The notes beneath the pieces are model-generated. The model was not told the origin of the DNA and made no database searches. It worked only from the letters and a program-made list of their open reading frames with translations. Made by a program: the position numbers and the translations under genes. A stretch of DNA of 64,000 nucleotides from Candidatus Woesearchaeota archaeon (GTDB lineage: Archaea > Nanobdellota > Nanobdellia > Woesearchaeales > GCA-2686295). Positions 52,367-60,272 of this stretch are shown here, piece by piece; position 1 is the first letter of the stretch; each line of letters opens with the position of its first letter. The stretch lies in NCBI GenBank assembly GCA_937912225.1, contig CALDOJ010000035.1, forward strand, positions 10,571 to 74,570. The letters run 5' to 3'.

Positions 52367-53572
52367 ATGAATAAAATAGTGATTTTCGGATTGTGTATGT
52401 TGTTTATAGTTAGTTTTTCAAAACGTTTTTATACTATTAAATTTAGATTTTTATCTATGCGGCGACTTTATTTAGTGTTTACTTGTTTTTTGTTTTTAGT
52501 TAGTTTTGTTTCTGCTTATGAATTAGAGTTTTATCATTCTGATCATCTTGGTTCTCCTGTAGTTGTTACTAACGAAGATGCTGAGGTTCAGTGGTCTTCT
52601 GATTATGATGTTTTTGGTGAATCTGTTAATGAGGATGGTGTTGGAGATTTAGGTTATAATCAAAAAGAAAAGGATGATACTGGTCTGTTGTATTATGGTG
52701 CTCGTTATTATAATGCTGAGACAGGACGTTTTATAACTGCTGATACTGTGAAAGGAATTGCTGGTAGTTTACAGTCTCAGAATTTGTATGTTTATGTTCA
52801 GAATAATCCTATGAGATTTATTGATCCTACAGGAAATCAGAGAGTTAATTCGGAAGTTATAAATGAAGCTTATGATTGTACTACATTTGTAAGGGGTGCC
52901 TATGGGCAGTATGGCAGTTCTAAATCTGGAGGTATTGAAGCGGATGATGTTATTAGAAATTTAGCGAAAACTGGTGACTTCAAAGCAGTTGCATACGTTA
53001 TTTTATCCGGTTCAGAACCTGGAAGAACAGTTTCGCTTGAAGCATTTGCAATTGAATCTGAAGCTGATAATTACGAAACTTATGCTTATTTCGATACTAA
53101 TACTAATAGGGGTGTTATTGAGATTTGGCAGAAACAATCTATGCCTCATGATGTTGGAAGAATGTTCGAATTATTCGGTGGAAATCTTGAAATAATTGCT
53201 TATCCTGATAAAGAATCTAGAGCTGAAGCTATGAAAACTGTTTCTGCAGGTGCACCAGTTTTAAATACTGATTTTTTTGCTTCTCAAAGAATGCATGCTT
53301 TAATGAAGGGCGAAGGAGATCAAACTATAGAAGCTCATGTTGGTTATGGTGTTAGCATGGAGTCTGATGATATTATATCTCGTTTTAATGATCCTTTAAT
53401 TTTTGCTGTTCCAACAACCCAAAGAGGTGAGTCTTTAGCTTCAAATGCGCATTCTTGGGCTCAAAGAAAAGCCAATAGTCCCTCAGTAACTTCAGTCTGG
53501 GGAGGATTTGGAAAATATATTTATCATTATAATGGTGGAAGAACGTCTGTTGCAGAATATATGACTAATTAA
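52367..53572 (+). CDS. Rhs-core cassette F: double leader + Rhs core + papain-like (NlpC/P60 or CHAP-like?) tip
   Basis: MNKIVIFGLCMLFIVSFSKRFYTIKFRFLS then MRRLYLVFTCFLFLVSFVSA|YELEFYHSDHLGSP...NNPMRFIDPTGNQ, and the core ends near 52837. The tip has AYDCTTFVRGAYG (Cys) and IEAHVGYG (His). The track ORF starts at 52331. Confidence 0.7.
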   Translation: MNKIVIFGLCMLFIVSFSKRFYTIKFRFLSMRRLYLVFTCFLFLVSFVSAYELEFYHSDHLGSPVVVTNEDAEVQWSSDYDVFGESVNEDGVGDLGYNQKEKDDTGLLYYGARYYNAETGRFITADTVKGIAGSLQSQNLYVYVQNNPMRFIDPTGNQRVNSEVINEAYDCTTFVRGAYGQYGSSKSGGIEADDVIRNLAKTGDFKAVAYVILSGSEPGRTVSLEAFAIESEADNYETYAYFDTNTNRGVIEIWQKQSMPHDVGRMFELFGGNLEIIAYPDKESRAEAMKTVSAGAPVLNTDFFASQRMHALMKGEGDQTIEAHVGYGVSMESDDIISRFNDPLIFAVPTTQRGESLASNAHSWAQRKANSPSVTSVWGGFGKYIYHYNGGRTSVAEYMTN

Positions 53573-53576
53573 GAAA

Positions 53577-54194
53577 TTATTTTCTTCTTGTTGCAAGAAT
53601 TTGAAATTCGTCTTTAAAATTAGATAGTGGTTCTTCAACTACTTCTCCTGCCCAAGGTGAAGCATGAATTATATTTCCGTTTCCAGAATATATTGTTAAA
53701 TGATAACTCCATTGTGGTTTTCCTGCGATTGTATCTATTGGAATGTTTTCTTCTTCCATTCCTGGAACTGCCATATTAAAATCAACTAAGAAATATACTG
53801 CGTCACCTTTTTTTAAAGCATCAGTTGTTGTAGAATCTATATTTGGGCTCGGTAAGTCGACTAGATCTCCTAATGCACCTGATTCTATGTTATCAAATGC
53901 TGTAAATGTGTATTTTGAAGTATTGTACCATTTTTCATTGTGTGCTGTTGAAAATGCTCTATAAGGTAGTCCTAAACAATCTAATCCTGGAAACTTATTT
54001 GTTAATCGTCCTTCCCAAATATATGGTGTTCCTATTTTACTTCTCGCATAATTGATTATTTGATCTTGCTTGCTTTGTTTTTGAACGATGGTGGTTGGCT
54101 CGGATTTTGGGTTGTTTGATTCTGGAATTGGTGCTGCTAAAACTATTCCTGGCAGGATGAGTGTTGTAAGTAGTAATTCTAGAGTTTTTTTCAT
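53577..54194 (-). CDS. secreted NlpC/P60-family peptidase
   Basis: Signal peptide MKKTLELLLTTLILPGIVLAAP. ARSKIGTPYIWEGR...FPGLDCLGLPYRAF (catalytic Cys) and HLTIYSGNGNIIHASP (His) match the NlpC/P60 pattern. Confidence 0.7.
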   Translation of the reverse strand: MKKTLELLLTTLILPGIVLAAPIPESNNPKSEPTTIVQKQSKQDQIINYARSKIGTPYIWEGRLTNKFPGLDCLGLPYRAFSTAHNEKWYNTSKYTFTAFDNIESGALGDLVDLPSPNIDSTTTDALKKGDAVYFLVDFNMAVPGMEEENIPIDTIAGKPQWSYHLTIYSGNGNIIHASPWAGEVVEEPLSNFKDEFQILATRRK

Positions 54195-54205
54195 TTTTCA
54201 TTAAT

Positions 54206-54889
54206 TCATTGTTGATATAATAAATCTAAATTCATTTGACAATCTTGTTGTTTCTCAACATTGCCTGTTGCTTGGTATATGTCTATTAAAGTTTCGTAAT
54301 TTAGGATTTTGCTTTCAGTTCTTGATTCAGGAATTAATTGGAGTCCTTTTTGAATTAATATTTCTGCTTGTTCATAATCTTTTTGCATGAATTTAATTAA
54401 TCCAAGAGTTCCAAATCCTTCACCAATATTTGGTTCAATCTGAGTGTATAAGGTTGCTAATTTTTCTGCATAATCTAAATCTTGATTGTTTTTTGCTAAT
54501 GCGTATGCTAAATTATTCGAGTTTATTAATTTATATGGTGCTGCTTTGAGAGCTTCTTCATGTTCTATAACTGCTTTATCATATTCTTCTAAATCTAAAT
54601 AAGTGTTCCCTAATTTTTCATGTAATAAACTTTTCATTTCAGTATTTCCTTCTCCTATCTTGTGATATAGTTCTAAGCTTTCGTTAAAAAGCTCTATTGC
54701 TTCTTCATAATTATGATCTTTGTTTGCAGCTCTTCCTGATTGGTATTTTTCAACCATTAAATCTAAAGAATCTTGGTGTGTGGGTATTGTTTGCACTATT
54801 GGTGTTGGTTGATAATTAGAATTATTAATTGGTTCTGCTTTATCAGCACCAGTTAACATTGCTAATGAGAGTACTATTGCGCTTAACAT
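54206..54889 (-). CDS. secreted TPR-repeat protein
   Basis: Hydrophobic leader, then repeated 34-aa units (YEEAIELFNESLELY, LGNTYLDLEEYDKAVIEHEEALK, GLIKFMQKDYEQAEILIQKGLQL). Confidence 0.7.
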   Translation of the reverse strand: MLSAIVLSLAMLTGADKAEPINNSNYQPTPIVQTIPTHQDSLDLMVEKYQSGRAANKDHNYEEAIELFNESLELYHKIGEGNTEMKSLLHEKLGNTYLDLEEYDKAVIEHEEALKAAPYKLINSNNLAYALAKNNQDLDYAEKLATLYTQIEPNIGEGFGTLGLIKFMQKDYEQAEILIQKGLQLIPESRTESKILNYETLIDIYQATGNVEKQQDCQMNLDLLYQQ

Positions 54890-54953
54890 CTTGTGAGATT
54901 AGTTAACTAAATATATAAATGTTTCTATTTTTAACCACTAAGAAGTAACAAAG

Positions 54954-55634
54954 TTAAATGATTGCTTTGTCTAAATCACTTTTTTGCAACAGTTTATATT
55001 TTCCAGGTTCTAATTTATCTAAAGAAAGATTGCCAATTTTAACTCTTTTCAACTTTAAAACTTTATATCCAACAGCTTCAAAAATTCGACGAACAATACG
55101 GTTCTTACCTTCGTGAATTTCAATGCTAACAAAAGAACCTTGCATTAATTCAAGTTTTGCAGGACTAGTTTTACCGTCTTCTAGATCAACTCCTTTTTCA
55201 ACTTTTTTTAAATCCTTATCAGAAAGAACTTTATCAAGTTTTGCAACATAAGTTTTCTTAACTTCATTGCTAGGGTGAGTTACTTTATTAGAAAAATCTC
55301 CATCGTTAGTTAACAATAATAAACCCGATGTATCCTTATCTAAACGACCAACAGGAAAGACTCTTTCTTTAATATCAATAAATTCCATAATTGTTCGTTC
55401 ATGACGATCGTGAAGAGCAGAAACACAACCAACAGGTTTGTTCAACATTAAATAAACTTTCTCGCCTTTAGGAACAACTTTGTCATTAACTTTTATCTCG
55501 TCGTCAAAAGTGGCTTGATCACCGATAGTAATAAGTTTATCATTGACTTTTACACGACCTTCTTTAATTAATTCTTCAGCATTCCTTCTAGAACAATATC
55601 CGTAATTACTTAATAACTTTTGAACACGATGCAT
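54954..55634 (-). CDS. pseudouridine synthase, RsuA/RluB family (S4 domain + catalytic domain)
   Basis: S4-like MHRVQKLLSNYGYCSRRNAEELIKEGRVKVN and catalytic GRLDKDTSGLLLLTNDG motif. Confidence 0.85.
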   Translation of the reverse strand: MHRVQKLLSNYGYCSRRNAEELIKEGRVKVNDKLITIGDQATFDDEIKVNDKVVPKGEKVYLMLNKPVGCVSALHDRHERTIMEFIDIKERVFPVGRLDKDTSGLLLLTNDGDFSNKVTHPSNEVKKTYVAKLDKVLSDKDLKKVEKGVDLEDGKTSPAKLELMQGSFVSIEIHEGKNRIVRRIFEAVGYKVLKLKRVKIGNLSLDKLEPGKYKLLQKSDLDKAII

Positions 55635-55674
55635 AAGAAGTAAGATAAATGGTTATATTATAAAGTTAACTCCT

Positions 55675-56298
55675 TTAAACATTCTTTTTAGAAACAAAAC
55701 TAACTTTATTTTTAGAATTAGTTTTATGATAATGAATCATGATTGCTGAAGCCAAAATTGCTCCAAATAAATTATAAACTAAATCAATAGCATTATTCAT
55801 ATAATTTCCAACACCTTCTGCAGCACCTAAAAGAACGACTGCAAGTAATTCTAAAATTTCATTAAATGCTCCGATTCCTGAAGCAATCAGAACTAATAAT
55901 AAAGTAAGCAAGAACTTGTTGTGACTAAGTTTTTTATCAAGATGGGGATTTAATAAACTATAAGCGATGATTGTAGTAGTAAAAATGGCTATTAAATGAA
56001 CGAAGTTATCATATTTGAAAAAATTGCCAATTAACCAGAAATCATACAATCTAATACCTTGAATATAAACATGACCTCCTAAAATGTGCAATAAACCAAT
56101 GAGTGCTAAGCCTGTAATTACGCTGACATGTAAATGAAGTTTTTTATGGACAAAAAGAGTTATGAAAATCAAACTTGACATGACAACAGTATAAAATAAA
56201 AACTCTAAATTCCTATTAATAATTGCAAGGATTGTAAATAAAGCAAGGTATCCAATTGTAAAGTAAAGAACAAGTTTTAATTCAGTTTCTTCGTCCAT
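55675..56298 (-). CDS. hypothetical multi-pass membrane protein (possibly DUF2238/YjdF-like)
   Basis: 207 aa, about 6 TM helices. FFKYDNFVHL and FNEILELLAVVLLGA motifs. Confidence 0.4.
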   Translation of the reverse strand: MDEETELKLVLYFTIGYLALFTILAIINRNLEFLFYTVVMSSLIFITLFVHKKLHLHVSVITGLALIGLLHILGGHVYIQGIRLYDFWLIGNFFKYDNFVHLIAIFTTTIIAYSLLNPHLDKKLSHNKFLLTLLLVLIASGIGAFNEILELLAVVLLGAAEGVGNYMNNAIDLVYNLFGAILASAIMIHYHKTNSKNKVSFVSKKNV

Positions 56299-56420
56299 AT
56301 CGTATTCTTAATAGTTGGAGTTTATAAATTTTTTTTTCCGAAAGCTTTATATACGGTATTTGTTTCCTTTAAAGTAATATTCTCAGAACACTTTTAGACG
56401 AGAAAAAATGAGGAGCTAAA

Positions 56421-57095
56421 TTGGAAATTAAAAACATAAAAAAAGGAGATTTTATCGAGTTAGACTATACTGGAAAAATCAAAGATGGGAATGTAGTTTT
56501 TGATACGACCGAAAAAAAAGTTGCAGAAGAAAATAAACTTCAACAACAAAACGCAGAATACAAACCAATAATTATTTGTGTTGGTGAAGGACATTTAATC
56601 AAAGGATTAGATATAAACATTGAAGGTAAAGCTTTAGGAAAATACACTTTTGAAATTGAAGCAGAGAATGCTTTTGGAAAAAAGTCAGGTGATTTACTAA
56701 AATTAGTACCTATGAAAGTATTTCGTCAACAACAAATTAATCCTTATCCGGGTTTAGAAATCAATCTGGACAATATGTTTGGGATTGTTAGAAGTGTAAG
56801 TGGAGGAAGAATAATTGTTGATTTTAATCATCCTCTATCAAGCAGAGATTTAATTTATGATGTCAATATAAAAAAAGTTGTGACAGAAGAAAAAGAAAAA
56901 GTCGAATCATTAGTAAAACTAAGTGGAGCACATTATGATTCGGTAGCTGTTGCAAACGGAAAAGCACTTGTAATATTAGAACACGAAGTGCCAGTTGATG
57001 CACAAAATGCATTCAAAGAAGACTTGAAAAGATTGACTAACACAAAAGAAGTTACGTTCACAGTAAAAAAAGCTAAGAAAGAAGATACAAAATGA
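56421..57095 (+). CDS. FKBP-type peptidyl-prolyl cis-trans isomerase (archaeal long type with IF insert)
   Basis: IKKGDFIELDYTGK..DGNVVFDTT......VGEGHLIKGLDINIEGKALGKYTFEIEAENAFG....VDFNHPLSSRDLIYDVNI. TTG start. Confidence 0.85.
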   Translation: MEIKNIKKGDFIELDYTGKIKDGNVVFDTTEKKVAEENKLQQQNAEYKPIIICVGEGHLIKGLDINIEGKALGKYTFEIEAENAFGKKSGDLLKLVPMKVFRQQQINPYPGLEINLDNMFGIVRSVSGGRIIVDFNHPLSSRDLIYDVNIKKVVTEEKEKVESLVKLSGAHYDSVAVANGKALVILEHEVPVDAQNAFKEDLKRLTNTKEVTFTVKKAKKEDTK

Positions 57096-57159
57096 TAAAC
57101 TTTATATACTCAATTCCGAATAAAAACAGTATGCCTAAAGAGGTACGGGAGGTGTTAAA

Positions 57160-58257
57160 TTGAACACATACGGAGAAGCAGAAATTACAGCTAGTGATTC
57201 AAGATCAAAAAACATATTAGATGCGGAATTAGAAGAGCTTTTATCAAAACAAAAAGCAACAATTAAAGTTGTGGGTTGTGGTGGAGCTGGAAACAATACT
57301 ATTAATAGAATAACTGAAGTAGGGGTTGTAGGATCTGAAACAATAGCAATAAATACAGATGCGCAAGATTTACTATATACAACTGCTGATAAAAAAATCC
57401 TAATCGGAAAAGATTTAACAAAAGGAATGGGTGCAGGATCAGTTCCTAAAGTAGGAGAAGAAGCGGCCAGAGAATCAGAACATGAAATTAAACAGGCTAT
57501 AGCAGGTGCGGATATGGTATTCATCACTTGTGGATTGGGTGGTGGAACAGGAACTGGATCAGCACCAGTCGTTGCAGAAGTAGCTAAAAAAATGGGTGCT
57601 CTAACTGTAGGAGTAGTAACTTTACCTTTCCAAATGGAAGGACACAGAAGATACGAAAATGCAATTGTTGGACTTGACAAAATGGAGAAAAATGTAGATA
57701 CTCTAATAGTCATACCAAACGACAAATTATTAGAATTAGCACCTGAATTACCATTACACACTGCATTTAAAGTTGCAGATGAAATCCTAACAAATTCTGT
57801 AAAAGGAATTGCGGAATTAGTAACAAAAGCAGGACTTGTAAACTTAGACTTTGCAGATATTAGAGCTGTAATGAGTAATGGTGGAGTTGCTTTAATTGGA
57901 GTTGGAGAATCAGACACTGAACGTAGAGCAATCGAAGCAGTAGATAAAGCATTAAACAATCCATTACTAGATGCAGATGTATCAGGAGCAAATGGCGCAT
58001 TAATCAATGTTGCTGGTGGGCCTGACATGACTTTGGCAGAAGCAAAACAAGTTGTTGAAGCAATTTCAGAAAAATTAGATGAAGATGCAAAAATAATTTG
58101 GGGAGCACAAATCACTGAAGACTTAGAAGGAACAATTAGAGTAATGTTAATTGTTACAGGAGTAAAAAGCTCACAAATCATTGGTCGAGGAAAAACTTCG
58201 CCTGGTGAAGCAAAAAAAGAAATAGAAAGCGAATTGGGAATAGAATTCGTAGATTAA
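57160..58257 (+). CDS. ftsZ: cell division protein FtsZ
   Basis: [17 protein letters not shown], tubulin signature [41 protein letters not shown] start after GGGAGGTG. Confidence 0.95.
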   Translation: MNTYGEAEITASDSRSKNILDAELEELLSKQKATIKVVGCGGAGNNTINRITEVGVVGSETIAINTDAQDLLYTTADKKILIGKDLTKGMGAGSVPKVGEEAARESEHEIKQAIAGADMVFITCGLGGGTGTGSAPVVAEVAKKMGALTVGVVTLPFQMEGHRRYENAIVGLDKMEKNVDTLIVIPNDKLLELAPELPLHTAFKVADEILTNSVKGIAELVTKAGLVNLDFADIRAVMSNGGVALIGVGESDTERRAIEAVDKALNNPLLDADVSGANGALINVAGGPDMTLAEAKQVVEAISEKLDEDAKIIWGAQITEDLEGTIRVMLIVTGVKSSQIIGRGKTSPGEAKKEIESELGIEFVD

Positions 58258-58259
58258 AA

Positions 58260-58433
58260 ATGGATACTTACAAAATAAAAAGTTACATAAGCCATTGTAT
58301 AAGAGTTTTGAAGATTACTAAGAAACCAGATAAAGAAGAATATAAAGTAATTGTCAAAGTCTCAGGTTTAGGTATAGCGATAATAGGAGGAATGGGATTT
58401 ATCTTAAGTTTGGTAAATCAATTATTATTTTAA
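58260..58433 (+). CDS. secE: protein translocase subunit SecE/Sec61-gamma
   Basis: 57-aa ORF below the track cut-off: MDTYKIKSYISHCIRVLKITKKPDKEEYKVIVKVSGLGIAIIGGMGFILSLVNQLLF. Amphipathic N-terminus plus a single TM. Sits in the conserved archaeal ftsZ-secE-spt5 order. Confidence 0.8.
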   Translation: MDTYKIKSYISHCIRVLKITKKPDKEEYKVIVKVSGLGIAIIGGMGFILSLVNQLLF

Positions 58434-58435
58434 AA

Positions 58436-59065
58436 ATGTTAGAAGAAATTGAACGAAAAGAAGAAATTAAAGAAGACGGCCCTTTAGCTAATTTAAAAAA
58501 AACTGAAGACATGGATCCGGTAGAAGCTTTCTTAGAAGAAAAACAACCTGAAAAGAAAGTTAAAGACGAACCAGCAGCAGAGACGAAATCAAAAGAAAGA
58601 CCAAAATCAGAAACAAAAATATTTGCACTAAGAACAACTGCGAATAGAGAAGATCAAGTTATGAGCTTCGTAACAAGCAACGCATCTAGAAAAAAACTAG
58701 CAGTATTTTCTGTAATCAGACCTCATGGAATGAGGGGATATATCTTTATGGAAGCGGGAAGTAGAATTGATGCAGAACAAGCAGCACATGGAATTCCATA
58801 TGCAAGAGGCATCTTACCTGCAGAAGTTAACTATTCAGAAATCGAGCACATGTTAGAACAGGTTAAAAAAGAAATTAACATTCAGAAAAATGATATTGCA
58901 GAAATCATCAGCGGACCTTTCAAACGTGAGAAGTGTAAGATTACTCGTGTAGACAAACAAAAAGAAGAAGTTGTTGTTGAGCTTTTAGAAGCAGCTGTTC
59001 CGATTCCAATCACAGTCAAGATTGACGCTGTGAAAGTTATCAGAAGAGAAGATCAAGAAGAATAA
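58436..59065 (+). CDS. spt5: transcription elongation factor Spt5 (NusG), with K/E-rich N-terminal extension
   Basis: NGN domain IFALRTTANREDQVMSFV...VFSVIRPHGMRGYIFMEA and KOW IAEIISGPFKREKCKITRVDKQKEEVVVEL. A charged extension of about 60 aa precedes the NGN domain. Confidence 0.85.
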   Translation: MLEEIERKEEIKEDGPLANLKKTEDMDPVEAFLEEKQPEKKVKDEPAAETKSKERPKSETKIFALRTTANREDQVMSFVTSNASRKKLAVFSVIRPHGMRGYIFMEAGSRIDAEQAAHGIPYARGILPAEVNYSEIEHMLEQVKKEINIQKNDIAEIISGPFKREKCKITRVDKQKEEVVVELLEAAVPIPITVKIDAVKVIRREDQEE

Positions 59066-59072
59066 ACTTCTA

Positions 59073-59099
59073 TTTTTTTATTTTTTAATATTTTTTTTT
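59073..59099. terminator. T-rich region between convergent genes
   Basis: TTTTTTTATTTTTTAATATTTTTTTTT between the stops at 59065 (+) and 59109 (-). Confidence 0.4.
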
Positions 59100-59108
59100 C
59101 TCTAAATT

Positions 59109-60170
59109 TTATTTTAATTCTAAATACCAATCTCTTGTTTTAGGATTTGCAATAAAACCTTGATTTTTAGCAAAAGAGTCATAGATTTCTAAAGCATTTT
59201 CTAAAGGTAAGTGTATTTTTTTATCATCATAATGTTCTTCTGTCCAAGGATTGTTGTATCCGCTTTGAATTCCTATAGTGCTCATTCCTAAATATTTGGC
59301 AGTATGAATTCCTAAATCTGTTAATACTTCTTTGAATTTAATGTTGTAAAGACCTTTTGGAGTTATTCTAGGTACATCTTCATCTTTAACTTTGGTAAGA
59401 TTTAGTCCATTTAAATCATAAGGGTTTATGCCTTGAAATTGGGTTATTTTTAAAATATCTTTATCATCGACTGAAAAAGAAACGATTGCATTAGGTTCGT
59501 CTTTATACATTAACATTAATCCGAATAAACCATCAACAAAAACTTTGTGACAAAGGTTTGTTTTATCATCCTTCCAACCCCATTTTTGATGACGACTATA
59601 TGTATACTTTGGTATTGCTATTTCAACATTGTAATTACTTAATGCTGTTGTTGATAAATTAGCGGACGCTCTTTTATTTTTAAGAAGAATTTCTGAAAGC
59701 TCATTTTGTGAAACATTCATTTCTTTGATTTTATCTAATGTTAAATAATTAAGTCTGTCATATCGAAATATTTTTCTCTTATCATACTTTTCATCAGGAC
59801 GTAGTTTTCTTGCAGAATCAGTTAATCTCATTTGATCAAAATCAACAAGAGAATATTCGTCGCACCTTTCTCTAACTCTCTTAGCTAAAGTGGTGAATTG
59901 ATGTCTACAATCCAGTTCTTGAATCATTAATAACAATGCTTCTTTACCAAACTCTTTTTCAATATTATTAACTCCAATAAAAGGCAAACAATGAACAAAT
60001 TCTGTTACATGTTTGTATTCATCAATATTAGTTAGTTTATTCATATCTAAAGGATTATTAGAAACTAAAGTTGCAAGGTCAAGTAAAGAACGAGAGTCAT
60101 CTTCCATCAGGCGAAGAGTTTTTGCTTTATCGCCAACTCGTTTAGTTATTACTTCTTGAATGTTTAACAT
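59109..60170 (-). CDS. hypothetical protein
   Basis: 353-aa ORF with no motif I can assign. Confidence 0.5.
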   Translation of the reverse strand: MLNIQEVITKRVGDKAKTLRLMEDDSRSLLDLATLVSNNPLDMNKLTNIDEYKHVTEFVHCLPFIGVNNIEKEFGKEALLLMIQELDCRHQFTTLAKRVRERCDEYSLVDFDQMRLTDSARKLRPDEKYDKRKIFRYDRLNYLTLDKIKEMNVSQNELSEILLKNKRASANLSTTALSNYNVEIAIPKYTYSRHQKWGWKDDKTNLCHKVFVDGLFGLMLMYKDEPNAIVSFSVDDKDILKITQFQGINPYDLNGLNLTKVKDEDVPRITPKGLYNIKFKEVLTDLGIHTAKYLGMSTIGIQSGYNNPWTEEHYDDKKIHLPLENALEIYDSFAKNQGFIANPKTRDWYLELK

Positions 60171-60241
60171 GGACTGGAGAATTAATTGTTTTTTATAAAT
60201 ATTTACTTAGTTACTACTAAAAAGTGTTAAAAAAACAAACA

Positions 60242-60249
60242 TTTAAATA
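60242..60249 (+). promoter_or_regulatory. TATA-box-like element (TTTAAATA)
   Basis: Centred about 27 nt upstream of ATG 60273, suggesting a leaderless transcript. Confidence 0.3.
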
Positions 60250-60272
60250 TTCTTTAATGATTTTTATTTAAA

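Larger units (their letters stand above)
46947..53572 (+). repeat. tandem array of six paralogous 'leader + Rhs core + variable tip' cassettes
   Basis: The 5' roughly 380-470 nt of each unit are highly similar. For example, TAGCTCTGCTTATGAACTAGAATTCTATCATAGTGATCATCTTGGTTCTCCTGTTGTTGT occurs in both the 48088 and the 49101 genes. The 3' 640-750 nt are unrelated or only pairwise related. Confidence 0.85.

Noticed and set aside
48209-53195. Short ORFs inside the cassettes, examined as possible immunity genes (48209..48394, 49167..49418, 49845..50069, 50640..50837, 51431..51622, 52134..52328, 52974..53195)
   Set aside because: Several fall in the conserved core region, where they are just alternate frames of the same repeated DNA. 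The others are low-complexity antisense frames. None follows a toxin tip the way immunity genes do. I cannot fully exclude them without conservation or Ribo-seq data.
46947-53572. Cassette leaders as lipoprotein signals (the Cys in FGLC), or the array as an IS/transposon repeat
   Set aside because: The Cys is preceded by Leu, not the Gly/Ala/Ser of a lipobox. It is also absent in cassette A and in the first leader of E. No transposase, integrase or terminal inverted repeats flank the units, and the repeated part is a protein-coding Rhs core.
36257-53576. The Rhs-like locus as a recently acquired genomic island or mobile element
   Set aside because: I saw no integrase, tRNA target or flanking direct repeats. 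By eye, base composition and codon style match the housekeeping genes. An ancient bacterial origin of the family remains likely but cannot be judged without phylogeny.
57135-58181. 348-aa minus-strand ORF
   Set aside because: It is entirely antisense to ftsZ, whose tubulin signature on the plus strand is unambiguous. The product is low-complexity and S/A/T/P/I-rich with no motifs, so it is a shadow ORF.
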